Shown: positions 25,421 through 38,335 of the stretch, in pieces
Position numbering within the stretch: the stretch's first letter is position 1
How the letters are laid out: every line of letters begins with the position of its first letter
Origin: Eledone cirrhosa
Lineage: Eukaryota
Direction: 5' to 3'
DNA: 64,000 nucleotides
Assembly (NCBI GenBank): GCA_964016885.1
Contig: OZ024745.1
Coordinates: forward strand, 15,314,001-15,378,000
Notes under the pieces: generated by a model
The model's database searches: none
What the model was told of the DNA's origin: nothing
Seen by the model: only the letters and a program-made list of their open reading frames with translations
Translations under genes and position numbers: made by a program

Positions 25421-27120
25421 TCAAGGCGGTTGATTTATCGTAGGAGTGTCAATCCAGTTACAGATCAGATGCGATTTCAGATGAGGACAGCATCTGAAGA
25501 TCTCAGTCTTAGAGTTAAGGCAAGCGGAAGTGTCTCTCAAGTTTAGCAAAATCCTATACTTTTCTGTGGTACACAAAGAACAATTCTTTGTGCCCCTTTG
25601 GTACTCCCTCGAATGGTCTAATATAGACCAATCAATAGAGTACGGGATATTACTATCCTTGAGATCCCATACCTTACTTGCGAGGGCCGTTGATGTTCGT
25701 TTATCTGAGTGTTTAAAAGAAGCGACATGTGAGTAAAATCTGGTTTTAAACCTGTCCTGGGTCATACCGACATACCGCTCGCTTCTGGCTGGCTGGTTGT
25801 TGATAACTGGCGTTATTTTAGCCTCATAAACGACTGATTTTGTGTTACATTTACCCTGCAATGGGCATTCATCCGGCTTCCTGCAACTGCATCCTGGATT
25901 TATCCTCGTACGGTTTGAACTGGTGATTTTGGACTTCATGGATGGGCAACAAGAGTAGCTGATCTTAACTACATTCCTATTAAAAATCTTATAATATCTA
26001 TGAATAGGAGGAAAATGTTTGTCTAATAGTTCAAGGAATTTCCTTCCTACATTAGTTTTGACATTTAGAGAGAAGGGGGTGTGAACCAAATAATCTTCCT
26101 TTTCCTGTTATTATGGTTAGTTTTAGGGGGGGGGGGGTAGGTAAATAAGAAATATTTTCTGTAAAACCGCTGTTCTTAAGGGCTTTATTATAATAAGGGG
26201 CGGCTTTATTAAAAATGTCTATAGACGAAGATAAAGTAGAAATCCTACGGCTAATGTTAGGAATAAGATTATTAAAAACTATAGGGGGATGGCAAGACTC
26301 TTTGTGTATATACCTAAGATTTTCATTAGGTTTATGATAGGGTTTAAAAGAGGCAGTAAGTAGATCAAGATTAATATCAAGAAAGTTAGCATTAGTAAGG
26401 TTCGTATCTATAGTAATTTTAAGGTTAAGATTAGCAAAGGTACTAATTAAATCTTTACGGAATTTATCAAGATTATGGCCATTGGTGGTATGAGAAACTG
26501 CTAATCCGTCATCACGGTATAAACCGATATTATGGGACGGAAATTTCTCTTTGAGTGTGTGGAGAAGGAATAATCCTACTAAGTCGCACACATCCGCACT
26601 GTCATAAGAACCCATTGCAACATCGAAAGAGTTTTCAGGGTTTGACTTTTTAACCCAAATATTATCATTAGTAAAAAGTAAAGTTTTTCTGGCATGAAAG
26701 ATAATGTCCTCTTCTAATTTGGAGATATTAATGAAGGGTCTTGCAAAATCTAAGGCTTTAGTTAATAAGGAAACAGTAATAGAAGGGTAAAAATCGACAA
26801 TATCAAATTGCGTAAATCTACACTTATTTTTACCTTGTATATTATTGAACCAAGAAATAACAGAGGAAGTATTTAGCCACTGTGAAATGACAGTGTTAGT
26901 TCTAATTTGGAGAATTATTTTTCTTAAGATTTTCTTACTAGCAAGGCCAACCTCGGATTTAGCCGGGTTAATCAGTCTACAACTAGGTCGATTAGTAAAG
27001 TCCAATTTATGGTCTTTAAGGGTAATATATGCTTTACGCTTAGCTAAGCTTTCAATCCGGTTATCTATTTGTAAAGAACTAGCTAGTTCTTTAGCTTCTT
27101 TATTGATAGTATTGTAGCTA
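25421..27120 (-). pseudogene. PLE reverse transcriptase + GIY-YIG endonuclease, one frameshift at a C-run (~26126-26137)
   Basis: AYITLKDHK, CRLINPAKSE, FDIVDFYPSI, MGSYDSA, LYRDDGL, FLDINLDL, YHKPN; then CSCRKPDECPLQGKC, VVYEA...YVGMT...FKTRFYSH, CSLCTTEK, LN..TEI..CCPH. Confidence 0.92.
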
Positions 27121-27266
27121 TTGTGTGTGTGTAAGTATGCTTTTGTGTTTTTTTGTGTGTGTTTGCATGTGTAGTTTTATTTTATTTTTCCTTTCCTTCT
27201 CCCTTTTCCAGCCTCACTTTCATATAGATTGCATTTTTGTTTTTAGAATCCATATTCAATAAACAA

Positions 27267-27326
27267 ACCAGGATTTTCATTCTGAGGATTGAAAGCAAAA
27301 CCTTTTGCTTTTAAGAAACCACTGGT
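27267..27326 (+). ncRNA. Hammerhead-like motif lacking stem II (copies at 23675-23736 and 24956-25020, minus)
   Basis: ACCAG..TTTC att-CTGAGGA-TT-GAAA-GCAAAA cc TTTTGC-TT-ttaa GAAA..CTGGT. Confidence 0.55.
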
Positions 27327-27478
27327 AAATGGAATAATTGCCTTATGTTGTTTATTACATAATAATAATATATATATGTATATATATAATATTATGTATA
27401 CTCCAGTCCTACAAACTGTAGAGTGCTTCTTATCCGATATCTGCATTGCTTTATTGTACTACAATAAAACTCACCTCC

Positions 27479-27509
<31 letters not shown>

Positions 27510-27630
27510 ATACATATGACTCCAGTTCCTCAGTGAATTAACAACCCAACAAGGAACTGGGCATATCAGAGTATTGACAATATCATACACCTAAACAACA
27601 TATGTACTTGTCTATACCATACTAATTCAA

Positions 27631-27685
27631 ACTGCCTGAAGAGGTCACAGCCAAAGATGGCTGTCACTGAAATATATATAGCAGT
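27631..27685 (+). ncRNA. Type I hammerhead ribozyme in a solo pLTR-like unit
   Basis: ACTGC-CTGAAGA-G-GT(C)ACAGCCA aaga TGGCTGTCAC-T-GAAA-TATATA-TA-GCAGT. Confidence 0.8.
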
Positions 27686-27899
27686 AATAAACGAAGCTAA
27701 ATTTTAATCATTTGACTTTTATTTAACTTTATTTTACACTACCCCGGAGTAACCAAATCAACCTGCGCACTTCGTCGAGTGCTCCAGCCTACATACTGAG
27801 GTGTTGGTATACAACCAACATATACTCAAAATCTATGTGTATACATATGTATATATGTGTGTGTATATATATATGTATATATATATATGTGTGTGTGCG

Positions 27900-27974
<75 letters not shown>

Positions 27975-28174
27975 GTGTGTATGTGTGTATATATATATAT
28001 GTATATATATATGGATATGTGTATGTATGGTGTATGTGTGTATATATATATGTGTGTGTATGTGTGTATGTGTGTATGTGTGACCCCACTCTCAAGAGCG
28101 TGAAATTAATAAACATTTGTTTGTACTGCCCCTCTGTTTTGTTCCCGTTCAATTTTTTCTTATATATGTGTATA

Positions 28175-28245
<71 letters not shown>

Positions 28246-28803
28246 GTGTGTATGTGTGTATGTATGTGTGTGTATGTATATGTATATTTGTATATATATA
28301 TATATATATATAAATATATTTATATGTGTGTGTGTGTGTATATGTGTATATGTGTATGTGTGTTTATGGGTGCGCGCGAGTGTGTGAGTGAGTGTGTTTT
28401 GTGAATGTGTCTGTTGATTTTTGGCATATAGTTGAATAGTTTAAGAGAAATTTGAGGATAATTGTAAGATATGCACTCAATATTTTGAATTTGTCTACAG
28501 AATTCTCTAAACCTTTGTCACTTAGTAGTACCTTAAAGAATTTAGCTTTTAAAGAATCTCCCTTTCCTTTAAATCTATCTACCATGACTGACCCCCCACT
28601 GATCTTATAGACACTTGTTAGCTTAAGAGAAACTTAATAATAAGGAGTGGCATGCCATCCTGAACCTGTTTATAGAATTCTGTCTGCCTTTGTTACTCTA
28701 AAAACAAAAATAAAAAATAAAAATAAACTATAGCTTTGTAGAATTAGCTTTTAATGAATTCCCTTTTCTATCAACCAATGACCTACACCCATCCCACTCC
28801 CCA

Positions 28804-30318
28804 TAACGACATGAAGGCTTGGGTTAATGTCGGAGGTAACATCTCGGACCCTATCTCAGTAAAAAATGGAGTGAAACAGGGGGATATTCCAGCACCGACC
28901 CTGTTTGCCATATACTTTGCAATAGTCTTCTGTATTGCATTCAGGAATTGCGAGCATGGTGTTTACATCCGATATCGAACCTCAGGCAGCATATTTAACA
29001 TCAGGCACTTTGCTGCAAAGACAAAAGTATTTGCATCAATCATAAGAGATCTCTTGTATGCAGATGATTGCGATCTTGTAGCGCACACAGAGAGTGATAT
29101 GCAGCACATTTTGAATGCATTTTCTGACGCTTGCACTGCCCTAGGATTGACTGTCAGTCTCAAGAAAACCGTCGTCATGTACCAACCTGACCCTGGTAAG
29201 CAGTACAGTGAACCAAATATCTATGTGTATGGTAAACGACTTGGTGTGGTTGATCAGTTTGTCTACTTGGGAAGCACTGTCAATCGATACAGCAACCTTG
29301 ATAGTGAAATCTCACTTAGGATTAGGAAAGCAAGTGATGCTTTCGGAAAGCTAGGCATGTGTGCTCTCTTCTCTTCTTTATGCCTGAAAGACCTGGGTCA
29401 CATATCGACACCACCTTAAGCAATTGGAGCGTTTCCATCAGATGAGTCTCAGACGGATCCATGGCGTTCACTGGAGGGACCACATCAGTGATATCGAGAT
29501 TTTGGAAAGCTCTCTGTGTGACTGTATAGAAGCTCTTGTGCTTAACAACGACTCCGTTGGAGTGGTCACCTTGCGAGGATGAAGGATTCTAGAATACCAA
29601 AACAACTCTTTTATGGAGAGTTAGCTAAAGGAAAACGACCGCCACATAAACCAAAAAAGAGGTATAAGGATTCCTTGAAAGCCTCTTTGAAAGGCGCTAA
29701 CATCTCTGCTGATACATGGGAAAATAATGCTGCTGATCGTAATAAATGGAGAAAGACTGTATATGAGGGGAAAGTTGCTTTTGAGACATCTCGAATCGCA
29801 TACGAGAAAGTAAAGCGGGATGTGAGGAAGGGCATTGCTGTTGCACTTCCAGACGGAGGGGGTCCTCCTATGGTGCTGACATGCAGCATCTGTGCGAGAC
29901 TCTGCCTAAGCAAAGCTGAACTCGAAAGTCATCTTCGCAGTCATAAAGTAAGACCAGTGGTTGACTACCAGGCTGCTGTTGGAGATGCTACTCATCATGC
30001 TTGCCAAACATGTGGTAGGGAATGTAAATCAGCAGGAGGGCTCAAGCGACATGCAAAAGTACACGAACTCCAACCACAGCCGGCTATTCCCAGTGAATGT
30101 TTTGGTGCCGACTCTGTGCAAGACATTTTAGATCATTGGCTGGGCCAAAAAGCCACATTCGATCGCAGCGCTGTTAGTTGCTATCGTGTGTGTGTGTGTG
30201 TGTGTATAGATATGTTTATGTGTGTGCGTGTGTGTGTATATATATATTATTATTGTTGTTGTTGTCTTTATTATTGTTTTTATTATTATTATTATTATTA
30301 TTGTTATTAATATATATG

Positions 30319-30363
<45 letters not shown>

Positions 30364-30421
30364 ATATATATTTTTTTTCTCGTGCAAAGGCCATACTCGA
30401 TAACGAGGGGGCAGCCATCAT
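28804..30421 (+). mobile_element. RTE-clade LINE, 5'-truncated (copy C) with RT, internal deletion and frameshifts
   Basis: NGVKQGD..APTLF, DLLYADDCDL, GLTVSLKKT, FVYLGS; then MKDSRIPKQ... and zinc fingers, with a 1-bp deletion near 30105. Same 3' terminus as copies A and B. Confidence 0.93.
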
Positions 30422-30447
30422 ATATGTAGGTAAAAGTTAAACATACA

Positions 30448-30484
<37 letters not shown>

Positions 30485-33400
30485 TCCTTTGAGCCAGATT
30501 ATTGTATTAGTGAAAGAGAGAAAGTTAGGCTGGAGGAATAGATCGTGACTCAGCAAGAAGGGTTTAGTTAACGACTGCGAAAAGTCATGCAATATAAACT
30601 CTGATGGAAATTACCTTTGTCTTACTTTCTCCACAGGCGTCTTTCTCTTCCTCTCTGCCAACATCAGTTGAATAAAAGCCTAGATTACGAAAAGTTTTAA
30701 TTCACAAGCGTCTTCGCTATTGATGATTCAGAACACATTATTTATAATACGTACCTCGGGTAATATTTTAAAAAGTTCCAGTTTTAAGACTAAATATAAA
30801 CTAAAAGGCAAAAGAGTTCTCTGGGTAATATCATTAGTTGTGGGCGATAACTTGATATCGTACTAATAACACGACATAGAGATTTAAATTTTGAAATGTA
30901 AGAAGTCTTACGTTTTACAAAATCCGTTGATCACTATCATTGTCACGAGAGTTTATTTTGTATCCGGTTAAATTAGAAGCTATTTTACTTTAAAAAATAT
31001 GTATTTAGTCTAAATCAACATGTCGTTTAGAGTAGGAAAATTAGTAAAAAATAAAATCAAGCAATGCCATAGAATATAATCATTTCTTAAGTGAATATCG
31101 CTGAACATTTAAGAATGTCATTGACGTGAATATTCTTCAAAACTAAATTTTGAAGCTTTGTACTAAATGTTCTATTATTCAGTTTTCAGAACACATCAGA
31201 GAAATAAAGATGTCTTAAGATGTATTTCTACGCATTGATATACAGTACTGCTATTTCCTATAACCTTTCTATATTAAATTAGACGATATAGAAAATAAAT
31301 GATCTAGTTACTGTATCTTAAAGGGATTGCTTAAAGGCACCGACACATTATTTCGTTTAATAACGAGGACGTTTTATTATAAACAATAGACAGTTCATGT
31401 TAATATCGGTTTCAAAGCCAGTCGAAAAGTTAATCCAAACAAAACAATTGATTCTGTTCAACCTTTTCCCATCTGTCATTTCTATTGTAAACATAACCAG
31501 CTCTAACGCATTCCACCTTCGTTATGATAAACTCTTCTACAAACGTTACATTTCCTGAAACCATATATCAAGTTTTAAGTATTTTTAAGTAGTTTAAACG
31601 GCTTCAGAGCAACTGGGTTTCTACAGGTTTTCAGATATATGCCACACGCTATAGTACCACTTACCCGTCTGCTGAAATCATCTATGATTGATATAAACAC
31701 TTGCACGTGTCCGTATATATATATATATATATATACACACACATAAACACAGATGGAGGTGAGAGAGGCAGCTCAATTATGTATATAAACATATATGTTC
31801 TCAGCAGACAATGAGGCTGTATTTATGTACCACTCGACTTGCTAGAAATAGCAGTTAAATATCCCTGAAAGCACTCTCACTGTTCAAAATGTATACATGG
31901 ATAATGTAGTTCTAGGTATACTCTGTCTGGAAAACAAAAATGAATGGATGGTCAAAACTGGAATGTATTTACAGAGTATCTCTACTCGATTATAATTAAT
32001 CTGGCTCTAAATCAGAAACCTTTATTTTTAAAGTAAAAACATAGCTTGGTTCTCATGATTGTAATAATATGACATCTTGTATAACTAGCAGCATTAGACA
32101 CTGGAAAGTACATGTATTAGGCCTATTACAACTACATAGATAATACTAGTTGGAGATTGAGTCAGAAGGAAAAACAATGGTATGTCTTATGTCGAAAGCT
32201 TTGTCTATGAACATAGCATCTTTTTCTTTGACACATCTAACACCTTTTTTCAAATTTCATATACTTTATCGTTCTCATTTGATATTGTAATAATATATCG
32301 TGACAGACACCGTTAGACTCCTATTTCGAATAATGCTTTAAAACCTTCAATATCTTGTACCGATTTAAAAAGGAAACATCCAGAACAGTGACTCCCAACG
32401 TGGGGCGAATGTCTCACAGGGAGCAATTTGAATTTGAAAATGAAGTTAATGAGAGCAAACTTTAGGTTTTACCTCATCACTTTTCGACCAAGGCAGCTTT
32501 GGTACAAATTACTGTCGGGAACTCCTGTTTCACCTCCCCCAGACCTGTTATTGTGTACCTGGCCTCATCCATTCGCCAATTTACTTACACATCGCTGTTT
32601 TTATATCAAAGTGGGGTATAAAAAAGTTTGAGATGTTGAGTTAGGGCATGGGGCACAAAAGGTTGGGAACCACTAATCCAGCTAAAGCTTATAAAATCGT
32701 TGATTATTTCAAAATAATGAAGACCGCCTTTGGCCAGCAATCCAACTTAAAAAAAGAAACCAAGTGACGACACCAGTAAAGGTTGTGGCAATTTATTTGT
32801 GCCCTCAGCTGGACTTTTTAGTTTTAGGATGGTTAGAATTTTTTAATCTAATACCTGTATGTATAAATTTTCAATTTCAATAACTTTGATATGTAAAATT
32901 CTGGGTGGGAGGAGGGTGCTGTTTAGTCTAACTTTTGTGTATGAGCCCCCCCCCCCCCTCAATGTCTAAATCCAATCATGTCTGCTAAGATTACATTAGA
33001 TTACATATTAAAACTATCATTGAAATTAATCACAACAATTATTATGGACTGTTATGGACTATTCACGAAGCAAGAAGTTTTGAGCTGATCATAATTAACG
33101 ACATGGAATACCTCTTTCACATACGGAAGACAAGTAACTCTCAAAAGGAAATGACGTAGCCAAATTTGTGTACGTTTTTGATTCGCTACTTAACTTTCTG
33201 GTAAAAGAAGGGATATATTGCTAAATAAGTGAGAAAACACAAATATATCATATCGTATCTAGCTTGGATATTTCGAAAGATTAATGAGGCATTACTTTAA
33301 CTTCATGAAAAATTCGTTCCGTTTATTGATTGCAAGCATTTACTGAAAAATTGAAAATGTTCAAGTAAATTTATTTTGAATATTTCACAGCATGTGTCAG

Positions 33401-33732
33401 TTGATAGTAATGGCTATTGAAACATATTGTGGTTACTTGCTTCAAGTAAAACGATGGATGCTAGACCCCTTTTATTGTGATATTGGTTTAGCTGAAGGAG
33501 AAATCAATTGAATTAAGATGCTATGCTAAATTTTATATCTATGGAAAACTAGGAAAGACTGAATTCTGGTAATTAAAAGATTGAATAGGGTTTCGATTTA
33601 CTTGCCAGATCTGCCATAGAATTTGTCGATTAGCAGTCTCATGCGAGGGGTGTACTACAACAGAGAGACAGGAAGCACAAATTTGGTCAAACTCGAGAAT
33701 GAGTTCACAGATAATATACATACATAAACACT

Positions 33733-33847
<115 letters not shown>

Positions 33848-33854
33848 GTATATA

Positions 33855-34454
33855 TTTCGTTTCTGAATTTGTTTAGCAAGATTTTTATCTGAAAACGTGT
33901 GTTGAAACCGATATTGTTATACTTTGGGGGGGTCATGTTGTCAATAAGAAACACACGCACCAGTGCTTCACTCCAATTTAATATAAATTAAATTTATAAA
34001 TTTCCGGTTGGTTGGTTGGTTCCACAACCGGACGGTTGTTCATATATTGTCAAAGTTCGTTCGTCATACATTCTGTGATCTCTTCAGTGACTCGGGATTC
34101 TTCTCTTTGTTTTGTGTGTTGTGTGCTTCAACAGACACAAAAACAAGATGGCGTAGGACAGAACAAAGGAGAGGTACAAAACAAAGAGAAGAATCCCCAG
34201 TCATTGAAGAGGTCACAGAATGTGTGACGAAAGAACTTTGACAATATATGAACAACCGTCCGGTTGTGGAACCAACCAACCAACCGGAAATTTATAAATT
34301 CTTAAATTTATAAATTTAATTTATAATAAATTGGGGTGAAAGCAGCTGGTGCGTGTGTTTCTTATTGGCAACATGACCCCCTCCCCTCCAAAGTATAACA
34401 ATATCGGTTTCAACACACGTTTTCAGATCTTGCTAAACAAATTCAGAAACGAAA
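33855..34454. mobile_element. 600-bp palindromic non-coding pLTR/HHR element between (TA)n tracts
   Basis: 33855-34115 is the reverse complement of 34176-34454. Each arm carries an HHR of the 19408 family (34049-34091 minus, 34200-34242 plus). Confidence 0.88.
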
Positions 34455-34464
34455 TATATATATA

Positions 34465-34517
<53 letters not shown>

Positions 34518-34571
34518 AACAAGTAAGACCCCGACGGCTGAGCTCAAGCCGTTTCGACGGCTAATTCTGGA

Positions 34572-34627
<56 letters not shown>

Positions 34628-34634
<7 letters not shown>

Positions 34635-36432
34635 ATATTTGGGGAGGGTCATATTTGCGTAATATTGCCAGAATTAATAGCAGAACACACTCACTGTTTG
34701 GTTGGTTTTCGCTTCCAACTAGAGAGCACTAACAAGTTTGATTTAGAACGTAGCACGATGGAAAGCATCCAGCAGATAGCTAATTCCATACACCAGAGTA
34801 TAACTGTAACTATAGACTTCCCTTCCAAACACCCTAACAATAGACTACCTGTATTAGACACAGAACTCTGGATTAACACAATAGACGAGAGAGCCCAAAT
34901 TCTCCACTCACACTATGCTAAACCCATGGCCTCCAAATACCTGATACTCAAAAACTCAGCAATGTCCAGTAGTGCTAAGTTTAATATTCTGATCGCAGAT
35001 TTGGTACGAGTGATGAAGAATGTGTCCAGCATGTGCGACCCAACAGAAATGGAAGGACACATCCAACACTTCATCAACCGCATGCAGTTCTCTGGCTACA
35101 ACCAAAGAGACAGAGTCAGAGTATACGAAGGAGCCATGGAAAAATATAAGACCCTCATAGAACTGGACATGAAAGGAATTTGCCCACTATACAGGAGCAA
35201 ATCATGGAATAGCTTAGATAGGGCTAGACATAAGATAGGGAAGGCCACATCATGGTACGACAACCAGAGATATCAGAGTGTCATGTTTGTGGACGCCACC
35301 CCTGGAGGGAAATTAGCTAACCAGTGTAGAAAGGCCCTGAGAAAGACCCACTTAAAAATAAAGGTGGTAGAAAAGCCAGGAACCACCATAAAATCCCTGA
35401 TCAGCAAAACCTACCCTTTTAAGAAAACCCACTGTACCAATAGGAAATGTATCATATGTAAGGTGAACCCCCGGATAAACTGTAAAACTAGAAACGTAGT
35501 CTATAGCATAAGATGTACAGAGGGTACTTGCAGAAACATGACAACAACATACATAGGTGAGACAGCTCGTAGCATAGGTGAAAGGATAGACCAACACTGG
35601 GGGGAACTAAAAGGACGAAAAAACGGGTCAGTACTATACGAACATGCCAGACAACAACATGATGGTAACATAGACAACATAGAAATTAGAATAATATCTA
35701 AACATAGGAATGACCCAGCAGATAGGCAAATCAGAGAGGCCAGTGAAATAGAAATTAGAAGACCAAAGCTAAACAGAAAGAATGAGTGGAACAACAACAA
35801 CACCCAAACAAACAACACTGACCTAAGAGAAGTATAAATAAGTAAATAAAATAAAATAAAATAAGATAAATAAATACATACACAAGCACAATAACAACAA
35901 GCACATAAACACACACTAGTCACCCAGCAGACACAACACTATACACACTAGTCACACATCACACATAACACTATACACACACGCAAACGCATGCGCAAAG
36001 AAGACAAAATAAAATAAGATAAACAAACAAGCAAATAAATAAATAAATAAATATATAGACAGACTGAACAAAAAATAGCGTAGACATACAACACAACAGG
36101 AGGAACAATGAATATAACACCACTGACGATGTTGCAGATGTGCAAAACAAAAGATTTATGTAAATTATGTAAACTATATATATATGTGTTTGTGTCTATA
36201 TTGTATCTGTATTATTTTTGACCGCCGGTCAGTCAATGGCGACATTGAGGACCGAGTAAGTTAGATCGCAGATATAAAAGACAGCGAGAAGCGAAAACCA
36301 ACCAAACAGTGAGTGTGTTCTGTTATTAATTCTGGCAATATTACGCAAATATGACCCTCCCCAAATATAACAATATCTGTTTCGACACACGATTTCATAT
36401 AAAAAACCTCGCAAAACTAATTCATCGCCGCT
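34628..36432 (+). mobile_element. 5'-truncated Penelope-like element with inverted terminal segment
   Basis: 34628-34716 is the reverse complement of 36288-36375. Degenerate HHR-like motif at ~36120-36160 (CTGACGA..TTGCA/TGCAA..AAAA); (TA)n on both sides. Confidence 0.88.
34717..35837 (+). pseudogene. PLE RT thumb + Cys linker + GIY-YIG endonuclease (open frame, N-terminally truncated)
   Basis: LPVLDTELW, HYAKPMAS, SGY, CTNRKCIIC, CKTRNVVYSIRC...C...YIGETARS..ERI.QH, RQIREA.EI....PKLN. Confidence 0.9.
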
Positions 36433-36499
36433 ATATATATATATATATATATATATAATAAAGAACGAGGATTCAGTGTTGCATCACATCACATTTATT

Positions 36500-36589
36500 A
36501 ACATATTACATATGTTTCTCTATCGATCAGCTCGAGGCAATGTGTTACAAATCGAACCCGACTCTGCAATCGAAAGTTCTTCAGATGTT
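36500..36589 (-). ncRNA. Hammerhead-like motif with long stem II insertion related to 20102-20186
   Basis: AACAT-CTGAAGA-ac.TCGAT..CAGAGTCGGGT...CCTCGAGCTGATCGA.-GAAA-CATATG-TA-atATGTT. Confidence 0.6.
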
Positions 36590-36795
36590 TTGTGTGTAAG
36601 GTCGTCGACGATTTTGTTTGTTCAAACATCTCAGCTGTTATTTATCTATATCACATATTACCATCCTGTTATTTCGGCCTTTCCATCGGTTCAATTATTG
36701 TGAGAAGCGTTTTTGTATCATGCTACTTTTATGTATAAACAAATCTTAAGTGCTATCATATCTTGTTAGAATTGACAAACATTAATCATTGATAT

Positions 36796-36995
36796 ACGAG
36801 GGTCGCCTGAAAGGTTCATAGGCTGACTATGAAGGAAAGATGTTAGAGCTGTAAAATCTTGCATGCATTAATTTCAACTCTTTTTTATTAATAACTACAT
36901 TGTTTCTTTCCAGTGACTATTTGAAAAATAAACCTCATTTCGTTATTCCATGAGAGTATCTTCGTTACTCTATCAACTTTTCAGCCGACTCTTTA
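36796..36995. mobile_element. Tc1/mariner-type MITE
   Basis: TIRs TACGAGGGTCGCCTGAAAGGTTCATAG ... CTATCAACTTTTCAGCCGACTCTTTA with TA ends; ~200 bp. Confidence 0.7.
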
Positions 36996-37014
36996 CTTCT
37001 ACTGTTATGTGTTA

Positions 37015-38335
37015 TACATGGTGTTACATGGTGACACATGGTGACACATGGTGACACATGGTGACACATGGTGACACATGGTGACACATGGTGTCACATG
37101 GTGTCATATCGTGTCACATCGTGTCACATTGTATCACAGGGTGTCACATGGTATCACATGGTGTCACCTTGTGTCACATGGTGTCACATGGTGAACATTG
37201 TTTCACATGGTGTCACATGGGTTCACATAGTGTCACATGGTTTCGAATTGTGTCACATGGTGTCACCTTATGTTCGATGATGACACATGGTGTTACATGG
37301 TGACACATAGTGTCGCGTGGTGTCACATTTTGTTCCATAGTGTCACATTGTGTCATGGTGTCACATGGTGTCACACGGTGCCACATGGTGTCATACGGTG
37401 TTACATGGTATCACATTGTGTCACATGTGTCACATGTGTCACCTGGGGTTACATGATGTTACATTGTGACACATTGTGTCACATGGTGTCAGCTTGTGTC
37501 ATGTGGTGTCACATGGTGTCACATACTGTTACATGGTGTTATATTGTGTCACATTGTGTCACAGGGTGTTACATGGTGTCAGCGTGTGCACGTGGTGTCA
37601 CATTGTGTCACATGGTATTACATGGTGTCAGCGTGTGTCACGTGGTGTCACATGGTGTCACATGATGTTACATTGTCTCACATTGTGTCACATGGTGTTA
37701 CATGGTGTTACATTGTGTTGTATGGTGTCACATTGTGTCACATGTCAAATGGTGTTACATAGTGCAATGCTATCACATGGTGGCAGCTTGTGTCACGTGG
37801 TGTCACATGGTGTAACATGGTGCTACATGGATATACATGGTGTCACATTGTGTCACAATGTGTCAGGTTGTGTAACATGGTGTTACATGGTGTAACATGG
37901 TGCTACATGGTGTAATATTATGTCACATGGTGTAACATGGTGTCACATGGTGTTACATGGTGGTACATTATGTTACATTGTGTTACGTGATGTTACAGTA
38001 TGTTAAATGGTGTCAGATAGTGTTACATGGTTTCAGATGCTGTCACACGGTGTCACATTTTGTTACATTGCTTCACATGGCGTCACATTGCGTTAAATTG
38101 CGTCACATGGTGTCACATGGTGACACATGGTGTCACATGGTCTCACCTTGTGTCACATGGTATCACATTGTGTCAGATGGTGTCAGATGGTGTCATGGTA
38201 TCACATTGTATCACATGGTGCCACACGGTGTTACATTGTGTCACGTTGTGCGACATGGTGTTACATTATGTCACATGGTGTTACATGGTGTCAAATTGTG
38301 TCACAATGTGTCACATGGTGTTACATGGTGTCACA
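37015..38335. repeat. 10-bp minisatellite, consensus TGTCACATGG (~130 degenerate units)
   Basis: Direct reading. Confidence 0.95.

Larger units (their letters stand above)
23630..27370 (-). mobile_element. 5'-truncated Penelope-like element (Naiad-like) with inverted pLTR
   Basis: RT and GIY-YIG ORFs on the minus strand. The 3' terminal ~250 bp (23630-23880) recur inverted at the 5' truncation point (27122-27370), the classic PLE inverted-pLTR arrangement. Confidence 0.9.

Noticed and set aside
25421-26089. Selenocysteine recoding, as reported for some Naiad PLEs
   Set aside because: The conserved Cys positions are ordinary Cys codons with no in-frame TGA, and I saw no convincing SECIS.
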